64,000 bases of DNA from Lama guanicoe (Eukaryota): positions 1,161,146-1,225,145 of the forward strand of contig MU054400.1 in the NCBI GenBank assembly GCA_013239625.1, written 5' to 3'. Position 1 is the first letter of the stretch. Each line of letters starts with the position of its first letter. Position numbers and translations under genes: made by a program. Shown piece by piece: positions 41,621 through 53,467 of this stretch. The notes under the pieces were generated by a model. That model did not search any database. It worked only from the letters and a program-made list of their open reading frames with translations, and was not told the DNA's origin.

Positions 41621-41849
41621 AAGCGCCGGTTCGAACGCCCGCGCCGACTCCCGCGCGCCGCCAGTCTCGCCCCGCCCACCAATGGGAATCCATTACGTCG
41701 TGGACGTGGGCCGCCTTCTCTTCTAGAAGACCAATCAGGGACCCGAGGAAACAGTGGGCATAACGCTCAAGTTCCGTCTTTCAACCAATCAGTCCGCTTA
41801 AATGAAAATCTCGCGATGTTCTAAGTGAAAGAACGGCACCTTTGAGGCG

Positions 41850-41968
41850 GGTCAAGAATACTTCTGCCACATGCTATTGGTCTCCCTAAGCGCAACTGAG
41901 CTCTTCGGGTTGGTCGACGTACCCCAGGTCTCTGTCCGAGGCCCGCCTCCTGCCTCCTCCTGCTTGGG
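41850..41968 (+). other. NUDT2: Putative non-coding exon 1 of NUDT2 (start approximate)
   Basis: Donor GGG|GTGAGT at 41969, just downstream of the CCAAT cluster. Confidence 0.5.
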
Positions 41969-43842
41969 GTGAGTAGCCTTACAGAGGGATCTCTGGGTTT
42001 AGTTCTTCTCGGAAGAATGAGGCTCAAAGCGATGGGAGTCTGCAGCTGATTAACTTTCCGTCGCTGCAGGGTCAGAGCTGGACGTGCCCTCCTCCAAGCT
42101 GGCAGTGAGACGTGGGCAGGCCAGGCCCCAGCCTCTCACAGGGTCTTAGTTTTCCTAAATAAGCAGGAAGAAGGGAGGGTTACATGGCCCTGCGAACCTT
42201 GCTTGCTCCCATGCAAGTGGCGATCGGGTGGGTCATCGGAATCCCAGAGTGCCAGGTTTAGGGCCCAGCGACCGAGTGTCTTACCTTCCCCTCCCTGGGC
42301 CTCAGTTTTAGCTTTGTTGTTACCCGTTATACCCTGTCTACTTTCCACAAGATGTTTTACATTTTCATATTGCTTCATTTACTGAATGAATAATATTGTG
42401 GCGATTATGGCAGAACTAAAGAAAGTCACAGGGGAGTACTACTGCCTAAAACATAACTTTCTTTCTCAAAGTTGTGACCTGCTTTGAGCCCTATGTATTT
42501 ATTATATGTATTAAGGAAAAAACCACATTTATACATATACATATATAGGACAGCTTAAAATAAACTGAATGCAATCAAACAGCCAATTGTAGCTAATATA
42601 GAGTCGAAAGTTGAGAGCAGTGATGTTGGAAGATGGGCAGATCTGCTTTTGAGTCACTACCCAGACACATCTCAGCCATTGTTGACTTTTCCCTCTTTTG
42701 AAAACTTGCAGTAGTGCCTCAGGGGCAGTTGTGAAGACTAAGGGAAATAATGAAGGTAAAGCATTTGGCACAATGCCTGGCAAGTAGTAACTCCACCGAA
42801 AAAAAAAAATGAGAGCTATTATCTTCATATTAGAAACAAGCAAATATACTAGCCAATGGGGCCAGTAGATTTACTGTAAAGGACCCAATTTAGCTCAAAA
42901 CTTGTCAGTTAAATAACTAGTAATTAAGGAACAATTCATTCTTCAAAAGAGTGAAATTTCTTCCTAGTACTTATATTAAAAGGAATTTATCTTGTGGGAC
43001 CTTCTACATAAGGGATATACATGGTATGATGAACAGTGTGTTCACTATTGGTTTGCTGAAAATATGAAAAGCCATTTCTTGATTCAAGTGTTGATAAAAG
43101 CTAAGAGCATGCCATTAAAACATAACCTAGAGAAGCTTTTGGATGACCTTTTATGATACAAGGGTTAAGAGTGACTCACATATTCAGTACTTCTGATATG
43201 TCAGACCTTACATGTACATTATATAACATGAATGTAGGTAGTTTCCTCATTTTACAAATGAGGAAAACGAGGCCTAGAGAAGTTAAATATTTTGCTCAGA
43301 GTAACACAACTGTTAAATTAGGGGGCTAGGTCTTTCTCAGTGCAAAGCCAGCCATCTTTTCTTTATTGTGCCATGCTGTTTCTGACTGGAAGATGAAATT
43401 CTTGGAATGCCAGATGTACAGGCAGACTTATCCAAATGGAAGGCAGTGGGCTGCAGAGGTACCTACAGTGGGAGAAAAATCTTTCTCTAGTAGGAAATTT
43501 CCACCTTGGGAAATGAAGAGATGGGATGAGATGATCACTGAACTCTAGACCCATCTGTCCACTTACCTTGTGGGTGGTCTACAGCACTTCAAATTCAACT
43601 TGTCCCAAACAAATCATTAGCTGACATTCTGCCTCTACCTCCCTTCTACCTAGTCACTCAAACCAAACACTTCTCTCTCTCCCTTGGACAATGAAACATC
43701 AAATAGTGTTGATATTCTCTTTGCGATCTCTCTCAAATTCATTCCTTCCTCTCCGTTCTCACTGCTTCTGCCGTCATTTAACTCTATTATCATTTGTCAT
43801 CTGGACTGTTGGCAACTGGCTTGTAACTGGTTGGTCTCCTTG

Positions 43843-43972
43843 AGCTGGAGGGCATAGTTCCGTGGTAGAGTGCATGCTTAGCATGCATGAGGTCCCAGGT
43901 TCAATCCCCAGTACCTCCATAAAATAAGTAAGTAAATAAACAAACCTAAATACACCTCCCCCCAAACTATAA
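43843..43972 (+). mobile_element. vic-1-like SINE with perfect 19-bp TSD, inserted into an L2 relic
   Basis: TSD taactggttggtctccttg at 43824-43842 and 43973-43991. Confidence 0.9.
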
Positions 43973-44504
43973 TAACTGGTTGGTCTCCTTGTCTTTAATC
44001 TTTTATTCTAATTCTTTCTTCACTTTCCTTGCTGCCAGAATGTCTCTGTAAAATGTCAATCTGACCATGTTACAGCCCTGCCTAAAGCCAGTCAAAGGCT
44101 CCTCATTGCCTACAGAATATAAACTAAACTGTTTATCGGTGAAATGCCATCTTGTGCTTGAGGGGTTTTGCTCACACTCCTCCCTTTGCCTGGAGTGCCC
44201 CTTGCCACCTTTATTCTGCCTGGTAAACTCCTAGCCATCCCTCAGTGTCATTATGGGGTACCCCTTGACCTAAAGATAATCACTCCTTTGCTACCATTAC
44301 ATCTTACACATATCCCCCTGATGCACAAAACACAATGTGTAACTTGTCTGTTTAAATACCTTCCTCTTTCACTAGTATTCAGCTTCATACCTACTCTTCA
44401 ATCCTGTCACACTGTCTGTCTCATGGGACACACTCAGCAGACATTAGATGAGTAATGAATCCCTTCAGGCTATATCAGAATTCCCCGTGTTTGCTTTCCA
44501 GGAT

Positions 44505-44523
44505 TGGACAGCAGATGGCACTA
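44505..44523 (+). promoter_or_regulatory. Candidate CTCF site in a NUDT2 5' intron
   Basis: TGGACAGCAGATGGCACTA closely fits the CTCF core CCASYAGRKGGCRS with one core mismatch. Confidence 0.55.
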
Positions 44524-44815
44524 ACAGGCCACTTAACAGATCTGCTTCACTAGAAACGATTTTTTGTCCCAACCTTGTCTGACTTTGGCCTCATCTTAGA
44601 AGCCAATATTCATGTCATTACAGGTGAAATCTGTTTCCTCCCTCAGCCAAATAGCAAAGATGGCAAGATGACTCAGCAGCTCGGTCTCGGCGAGAGAGGA
44701 GAATGGTGGATGTGCAAGGAAAGGTGTAGTTGGAACATTTTCTTTGTCTCAGTTTATTCAATCTATAGTAGTGGAGGACTTTTTTTTTCTTTTTCCTTTT
44801 TCTCTTTTTGTTGTT

Positions 44816-44949
44816 TCGTTTTTTTTTTTTAAGCGGGGAGGGTAATTAGGTTTATTTTAATTTTTCTTTAATGGAGGTACTAGGGATTGAACCCAGGATC
44901 TCATGCATGCTAAGCACACACTCTACCACTGAGCTATACCCTTCTCCCC
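44816..44949 (-). mobile_element. vic-1-like SINE
   Basis: Full head, body and poly(A). TSD tctctttttgttgtt (44801) / tctatttttgttgtt (44950). Confidence 0.88.
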
Positions 44950-46298
44950 TCTATTTTTGTTGTTGTTGTTAAAAGAGAGAACTTTATTCAAGGATGGGAG
45001 GCTCATATATGTTTTCTCCTTTGAAAGGAAAAGAGGGACTTGGAGAATTGGAGAAATGACCATTATGAAGGGGGAAGTGAAAGGAAGCTGAGCAGTCACA
45101 GAGGTGCTTGTGGGCAGGTGCAGTGGCCTCCCTCCTTGCAATGGATTGGCCTGGGCAAATTTCCTGGACACCAGTGCCCTAAGTTAGGTGCCTGTGTACT
45201 TGTCCAAGGCTAGAGTCAAGCATGTCCCCAAGCTTGGGAATCCTCAGGCTACTGGGTATGGTTTTCAACATGTGGTTTTAGGCTCCTACTTCCCAGAAAA
45301 AAGCAGAGAAGACTTAGAAACCTTTATCTGACAAGCAAAGTTTAGGGGGCCTCAGACTACACTTTATCCCTCCAGCCTTGTCTTTGGGCATCAGGACCTT
45401 CATCTATACGCCCCTCCAACTAAAACCTATTCTGTGGGAAGGATTCCAGCTAGACTTCTTAAAAACTCTCCATATGAATATAGATCAAAAAGTGGGAATT
45501 TTGGAACTGGAAGTAATTTTATAAATTATTTGCATGTCTTCTCTCAGGGCCTTTTGTGCCCTAAGCCCTGCTCTTTCACGGTAAGCAAAGCTGTATAAAC
45601 AAACAAACAAAAAAATTCAGACTTTAGAGTTAGACTTACTTGGATTCAAATGCCACCATTCACAAACCAGCTATGCCTTTGGGCAAATATTTTAACCTTT
45701 TTGAATCTCAGTTTCCTCACAAAACTGGAGATAATAATCCTTATTATGAAGAGTTATCCTGAGCTGTAGAAAAGATACATATAAAAAACCTTGCACAGGG
45801 TAGATGCTTAATTGAAACACTTTCTGCAAAAGCGATTTTAGACCATGAGGAACAAGTTAGGCAGAGGATTTGGGGGGCTCTTTCTGTGTCTAATGTTGCA
45901 TTAGTGAAGGCTTTTGGGGTTGAGCTATGCTTGCAATAGCACTCTGATTAATTTGATGAAAATATTGGAACACAACATATCAGCAGAGCCAGTTATCTGT
46001 GAATTATTTTTTGGCACCTAGGTCCTGAACCTCCTAGGCTGTGAGGGAGTTGCATATACAGAGAAAGCCAAAAGCACTTTTCCTTAGCTTCTGGAACCTT
46101 CTGATGACATTGAGGGTTTTTTGTTCAGGTGTTTTTTTTTTTTTTTAAACCACCTAAGGCACTTTGCCACTTTTCTGAAGTGTGAATTGCCTGCTGTCAG
46201 CCTGGAGTTCTCACCTCCGCAATCCTGGCTGCAGGCATATTTTGCATATTGGATGCTGTGTTCTTTAACTCCCTGAGGTTTGAGTCCACTCAGAGTCA

Positions 46299-46327
46299 GT
46301 GTGGGTGTGTGTGTGCGTGTGTGTGTA

Positions 46328-46360
<33 letters not shown>
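46299..46360 (+). repeat. Compound (TG)n/(AG)n microsatellite
   Basis: Read directly from the sequence. Confidence 0.9.
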
Positions 46361-46364
<4 letters not shown>

Positions 46365-46569
46365 AATCTGGCTACTTTCAAACCCCAGGACAGCTTCAGC
46401 TCCGTGGTCTCCAGAAAAACAGAAACCTCCAACAATAGCTCCATTGACTTTTATGTAAATGGCACTCTTCAGGAAAACACTGGGCTATTTCCCAAAGTCC
46501 CAGAACACACCCTGAGCATTTGTTTGAGTGGGAGGTGGGGAGACAGTTCTTTTGAGTCAATGAACATCT

Positions 46570-47290
46570 GTTGAGAGCTGCTGTGCTGGGTCCCAAGGAG
46601 ACAGCTTAGAGTCTGGCTCTTACCTGCCAGAGGTACAGACAGAGATTTGCCATACTAGGTATGCATGCTTGTGGGGGCTTTGTACTGTGTCCACTTAGCT
46701 AAGCTGGAACTAAGCATCCCAGGATTCCCTTCCTGCATGCTTCCAGGTTAGGGCTGACCTCAAAATTTTGCACATGATTTGGAAAGCTGAAGTGAAGGAG
46801 CAGTCAGTACGCTGAAGGACGGAGCAGGGTAACAGGCGTGGTGGCAGTGCAAACCTTTTGACACTGATCTGCTGGCTCACCTTGTTGGCGCAGGACAGCA
46901 TCCAGGCCTGCAGCTCCTGGACTTCTGCTGAATCTCCTCCTTAAGGTACTCTGAGTCCTGGGCCAAGTGTACATTCAGCTCTGTGGCAAAGGGCCCCAGC
47001 TTCTCCTACAAGTCACCGGAGGCAGGAGCTTGGAGACAGTGAACACGAGTCGATTTGTTCTCACAGGTTCCAGTTTTCCTTGCTTTCTTCCACTTCACAT
47101 CCAGCTTTCCTTCCCAACTGCTGGCCTCACCGACCTAGAGAGATTTCAGGCCTAACACCAGATACAGAGGCGACAGAGTTGCGTGGATTTCTCCATCAGC
47201 TTCCATAATTGCACAAGGTCCAATCCTTATACTAAATTCTTAATTTTCTGTTGCTCATAGCGTTCTGTGTCTCTGATCAAACTCTACAGT
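46570..47290 (+). mobile_element. Probable ERVL-type LTR relic
   Basis: 3' end cataattgcacaaggtccaatccttatactaaa...gttctgtgtctctgatcaaac resembles ERVL/MLT2-type LTR ends. Confidence 0.45.
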
Positions 47291-49629
47291 AGGTTATTCA
47301 AGCCATGACATCTGAATTGCTTCTGAAAGGATGTGGAGGAGGCTGCATGTCTGGGGAAGGAGGGAGAAATTCTTGAGGACAGCTGGCTTAAGCCAAGCAA
47401 TTGAAAGGGCAAATAGCCTTTCTAGAAAAAGCTGACCCCTCTGTGGGTCCAGAGCATAGGCAGAGAGTGAACATCTGATCCCAGTTCTTCATCCTAGTTC
47501 TTCTGGTCCCACTGAAATGAACCACCATCAGTGGGTCTGGTTCTTAGATGCAGTCACCCCTGAACATTGGTATATACTGAGATACATTTTTTTTTGCTAG
47601 AGTGCACCACTGTGACCAACCTAAACCCTCTCCCCAGAGGGAAATACTTGCCTGCTCCCCTCTCCCCAGTAGTCCTGCATGGCCACCCCAGACCTGTCTT
47701 TCTTGCCACACGCCACCCCATGCTGTATTAGTGATGGCAGGAGTGTGGAGGAATGCCCTGGGGCTTCCTGTCCTAGGCAGGGCACTGTGCCTTCTAGTCT
47801 TGGATCCCTAAACTTTTCCAGGGATTCCAACATCCATTCCATGGGATTCTACCAAGGCAGGGGCAAGATGCCCTATACCTATAACTTGCTAATACTTTCT
47901 GAGCATCTTCATAGGAGGATGTGGGATCAGTTACCTGTTTCTGCCTGAACCTGGAACCAGTAATTTGAAATCCTTGTTCACCTTTCTTTGGTGACAGGGT
48001 GCTTCCTTCAGGTTTCCAGAATAAGGAAAGTTCTCAGCATAAATAGGGAGACCAGGGAAACAGAACACAATGTTTAATATAAGCCTGATACTGGTTTACA
48101 GCTTATGAAACTTTAAACTCAAAAAGGACCGCACTTTACATTCTGTTATGAGCCATTCTTTTTCCACTTAGTATGTCCGAAAAATCTTTTTACAAGCAGC
48201 CTATGTGGCTCCACCTGATTTTTAAATTGGCTTCCTAATATTCCATCATATAGATACACTGTACTTTTGTAACCATTCCCATATTGATGGATATTTCTTT
48301 CTTCCTTTTTTCTTTTAGTGTGTGCATCTTACACATGTATTTCTACATGTCAGGGTGACTAGAAATGGAATTCCTGGGTCTAGGGGAATGTGCATTGTAT
48401 ATTTTGATAATTATAACCAAATTGACCTCCTAAGGGGATATGCTAACTTACTCTCCCGCCAACAGCATATGAGAACATAGAGCATTTAGAAAACCCACTT
48501 TGAGATTATTTCCAATCCTTAAAAGCTCCTGTTATAGGTTTAGAAAGGTTTGGAAAGGTCACAGTGTTGGGTGTGTTTGGTTTTTTGGTTAAGGAACCAC
48601 TATTCTCTAGAGAGTCATTACCATCTGTTGGCAATCCTGAGAATTGCCCTGGAACAGCTTTCAGTTTGAGCCTGATTTTTATGCCTTTGACAGATGGCAA
48701 GCCCATTTTGATCGAGCACCAAAAGGGGGCTCTGGAGACCATCAGCTCCTACTCCAGCCCCCTTCTCTGCATCAGCTCTGCTACCCATAAGCACTAGCTC
48801 CTTCTTTGGTCCTGGAATCTCGCAGATGAGGCCCTGCAACTTGGGCCTCTCCCTGCCTGGGCCACTCTCTCAGGCCTTCTCTGCATTTGAGACATTTGGT
48901 TTTCTTCCAGTTACGCCATCTCACCTCAGGGCCTTTGCCCATGCTGTCTCCTCCACCTGGAACACACTTTCTCTCCTCCTTCCCTTTGCCAGCTTACCTT
49001 TTATTCATCCTTTACTTCTCTAATCTAACATCCCTTCTTCCAGGAAGCATTCCTTGATCCCTCAGGCGAGGTCAAGTTACCAATCACACGTTTTCCCCTG
49101 TGGAACACACATCTTATGGGCAATAATCTTTAAATTTGCTTAACTATTTGATTAAAGTCTGCCTCTCCCACTAGAATATAAACTGCATGAGGGCAAAGGC
49201 CAGGTACAGTACTTAGTACATAGTAGGTGCTCAATAAATATTTGTTGAACAAGTAACACAAATTTTTCTTTAGCAGGACCTTACATAAAGAATCTTCCAT
49301 GTTATTTGTTACCTTGAGCACATACATGTCTTCCTTCAGATGATGAATTTTTTTCACTTCTACAGATATTCCTGCTCCCTTCCTGTCTTTTGCTGTTGAC
49401 ATTTTTTTCTGAAATGGAAAAAAGGCTAAGTAAATTGGAAAAGACTAAAAAAAAGTCTGTCTTTATTGTATTTCTGATTATAAAATTAATAAGTGTTCTC
49501 TGTAAACTTCCAAATAATACAGAAATATATGGAGCAGAAAATGAAAGTCTCCCCATAATCTCATTCCCCAGAAAACAGTATTAATGATGTGTATCCTTCC
49601 AGACAGTTTTCTATGCATATTGAAATGTG

Positions 49630-49835
49630 CTGCATGCTTACTACCTGCCAGGCACTGTTCTAAAGCACTTTATGAAAGTTAAGTCATGTAACCCTCACAG
49701 CAGCCCTTTACAGTAGAGCTATTGTTATCTTGTCTTACAGTTGAGGAAATTGAGGCTTAGGAGCTAATCACACAGTCAATAAGTGACAGATTCAGAACTT
49801 GAACCCAGGCTCCAGATTCACACTCTTGACCATTC
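49630..49835 (-). mobile_element. MIR
   Basis: ctacctgccaggcactgttctaaagcacttt...cttacagttgaggaaattgaggcttag...ttgaacccagg. Confidence 0.75.
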
Positions 49836-50142
49836 TGCTGGTTCACCTCTGATGGGATGGGAAAGAGACTTTCTACCATGTGTGCCCCTTTATACTTTGA
49901 ATTTTGAACTATGTGAATGTATAACATTCCAAAACAGATAAAAGACTAAAAAAAAATCAGTAACAAATAAGTTTTTAGTACACCAAGCTACTCTTCCTAA
50001 GTGACCCCTCTGTGAGCCATCAGAAACCGCATTGATGGGGTATCTTTGCTCCAGAGACTCAGGTTGGAGGTTGAGGGAAACGGGAGTGTGGATTTGATGA
50101 TAATATTGTACTGCAGCTCTCCCATTCCCAGCATCTCTCCAG

Positions 50143-50175
50143 TTTCAGTGAGTTCGCTTCTGAGGATCTTGTCTC

Positions 50176-50210
<35 letters not shown>

Positions 50211-50298
50211 ATACACTGCTTTAGCAGGGAGGCCTGGAGGAGTTGGCATAGAACCACACCAACAGGTAGGGGCCAGGGTCCCACAGTTACACACAAAG
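50143..50298 (+). other. NUDT2: Putative NUDT2 5'UTR exon containing (AC)16, ending at a GC donor
   Basis: Acceptor catctctccag at 50142; AAG|GCACGT at 50299. Its 3' part resembles my recollection of the human NUDT2 5'UTR (unverified). Confidence 0.5.
50177..50208 (+). repeat. (AC)16 microsatellite
   Basis: Read directly from the sequence. Confidence 0.97.
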
Positions 50299-50457
50299 GC
50301 ACGTCTCTGATTCCTGGTTTCACCACATTGGTCCTGCTGCCTTTTTCCCTTTTCTGTAGGTAACGAGGTCACTGTTAGCCGGTCTGTGCTGCCCCCCAGT
50401 ATGGATCTTCCTGTTTTGTGTAACTTACCGCATCTTCTTTGTTAAGCCTTCAGATAG

Positions 50458-50745
<288 letters not shown>

Positions 50746-52469
50746 TAAATCCCAGGGCAGAAGCAGCACCTGGTTTTGTATCATTCACCAGAGCACCAGC
50801 CTCTGCGGTGAATGTCTGGGTAGCAGAAGAAGCACTGGACTGGGAATTGGGGACCTCGGGTGGAGCCATTACTGGGCTACAGCTCAGGAGCCTAGGGTGA
50901 ACATCCCTGAGACAGAAGGGAGCAGGGCCTTGAAAGGCAAGTGGGGTGGTGGAGGGGTAAACAAGGCTCCAGGGTTGGAGGAAAACAAGGAAGTGGGAAC
51001 AGGAAATAAAATTTGCACATCTGAGTTTCACTAGGGAGAAACAAGGTGCAAAAAAGAGACAGAAGTGTCACATATACTATGAATAGAAATATTCACACTT
51101 GCCTCCTGATCACCTGAGTCACACGGCATGGTACCTCTCACTGAAAGATTTCAAAGGACCTCTCTGAATTTTTTCCTGCTTGGACCTGGGGGAGAAGTTA
51201 TCCTTTTAACATTGATGGGCAGAATGCTGAATGGATGCTTTTGGGCAGGCTGTGCTCAGAGACTCCCACACAGTAGGAGGGAAGGTGGGGCTGGATCACC
51301 TCTCTCACCACCAGCATCCCTCCCACCTTCCTCCCCCGATGCATTACCTACCTGTCTTTGAGGACACGGCTATATGTGGTGCTGTACAGAGAAAACTCCC
51401 CAGCAGCTGTGAGCTAGAATGGGTTTTTAAGTCCAAACTCCTGGCTGCTTTCTGTGGGAGCTGTGTAGCAGCAGCTGACTCAGGGTACTGCTATGAGGAC
51501 CCCTGGGAAGGAGAAGGCTAGGGTATAGCCCTGTCTTTGAACCAAGAAGGGAATAGCTAAGAATTTCTGCTCCCCATGAGCTCCTGAACCAGGAGGCCCC
51601 CAGCAACTTGCTGGAGCCATGTGTTGACAGAGGCTGCCAGACCCCTCCCAGGCCTTCTCGGCCCCCTGGGTAAGCTGAGAATTTGCAGGGCGGGCCTAGA
51701 GACAAAGCTGAGGGCTGCTCCCAGTCTGCAGAGCTTCAAGTTCTCTTAGAACAGCTTCTTGGCAGTCGTCTGCTTGGGTTTGGGTCTTGCCAACAAATTT
51801 TCTTAGAACTGGCTCTCAGCTTGTCCTTAGTCTAAGTTCCCATCAGGACTTTCCCTGTGAAACTGGAATCTGGCCTTGCTCAGTTAGAAAGACGAAAACA
51901 ATTTGGAAAAGCCTTGATAGCTACTTGGAAACAGCTGCTGGTGCCGTGGTGCAGGGTTTGGAGCCTAACTGTTGGCCCTGGGACTTCAGGGACCAAATGC
52001 AGACAGTGTTAAGTCCTCACTGTGGATTGTAGGCGAAGTGCTCCCTCGTCAGCCTGCTCCCACCTGGCAAGAAAGGACTGCTCCTCCTCAGGAAAACCAC
52101 ATTAATGTCTCCAAGGGAAAGGTCTCCCTGAGAACATGGGATGAGGAGAGCTCCAAAGAATAAGAAAGCAGAGATTAGAGGGAGGCCGTCTCTCTTACCA
52201 TCAAAGAGCTGTATTCTAGACCAGACTTGCCAAATACATGGTCTGTTTCACTCTCTGTAGAGAAGATGTGGTGGGGAAGGGGGACTGCCCAGACACCACA
52301 GAGCCAGACACGCCCTGCCCTGCACCCCATTCCTAGGCATGTTAGGATATTGCCAAAGCCTAGCAAACAGCTAGAAAAGTCACCAAAGACCCCAGCTTTA
52401 AATTATCTGACCTGGAAAGTCCAGCTTTGTTGAAGATTTTATCCTCCTCCTCTTCCTCTTTTCTCCTAA

Positions 52470-52790
<321 letters not shown>

Positions 52791-53030
52791 GCTGACCAGA
52801 GCAGGGTCATTTGCCTCAGTAGGATCCTTGAGGACCTTCTGAGATGAACCCGCCTTCACTTTCGGGGAAGTCTTTGGCTCATCATAGCACAGAGCAGATA
52901 GGTTAGTAAAATCAGCTGAGGACTCTCAGAAGCATGCAAGCAACTCTCAGCTGGGTGGAAAGGAAGGCAAAGGAGGAATTAAAAAAAGGAAAAAAGGCCA
53001 GGCCCAGTGAGTGCATCCTTGAAGTTAATG

Positions 53031-53036
53031 AATAAA
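53031..53036 (+). terminator. NUDT2: NUDT2 polyadenylation signal
   Basis: AATAAA about 240 nt after the stop, followed by U-rich sequence. Confidence 0.75.
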
Positions 53037-53347
53037 CGTCAAGCAGCTTATCTCTCCTTCTAATCTGCTGTATTTATTTCATAGACTCTTGCCCTGGGTG
53101 GGGAGAAAACTAGAGTGAATCAGAGCTCTGACCTTAGCTGAAGAGTATCCTGTGTCCAAGCACTCCATCCCAGAGAAGTTGAGGGAGTCAGAATAGGAGA
53201 AACCCAACACTGCCAGGGTAGCTCTTCTGCCTCTGGAACTCCAAGCACTCTCATCGCACCCCGCTGGTGTGCCCGTGACATTGTGACATGTAGCGGGCAG
53301 GATATACAAGTGAGTGGGACTGGAGCGTAGCAGTTGGGTCTGTCATA

Positions 53348-53467
53348 CAGTCGGCACTCCGTATCCGTGGATACCGAGGACCGACAGTGGGACTCAAACA
53401 TCCTTAGAACTTGATAATCCACAGTGGGTCCTGGAACCAATCCTCTGTGGATAACTTAGGACAACTG
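53348..53467. mobile_element. MER2-like TcMar-Tigger MITE with TA target-site duplication
   Basis: ta|cagtcggcactccgtatccgtgg ... ctgtggataacttaggacaactg|ta: imperfect terminal inverted repeats. Confidence 0.75.

Larger units (their letters stand above)
41280..42110. promoter_or_regulatory. CpG-island bidirectional promoter of KIF24 and NUDT2
   Basis: CpG-dense stretch between head-to-head genes. CCAAT at 41679, 41731, 41785 and ATTGG at 41876; GC box near 41670; TTCGAA at 41630; TCTCGCGA at 41809; X-box-like 41601-41614. Confidence 0.88.

Noticed and set aside
41164..41824. ORFs of 105-173 aa in the CpG island
   Set aside because: Arg/Pro/Gly-rich, no recognisable domain; explained by stop-codon scarcity in GC-rich promoter DNA.
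44875..44949. tRNA-Ala-like sequence (also near 2262, 15100, 43845)
   Set aside because: SINE heads with A-rich tails and TSDs, not tRNA genes.
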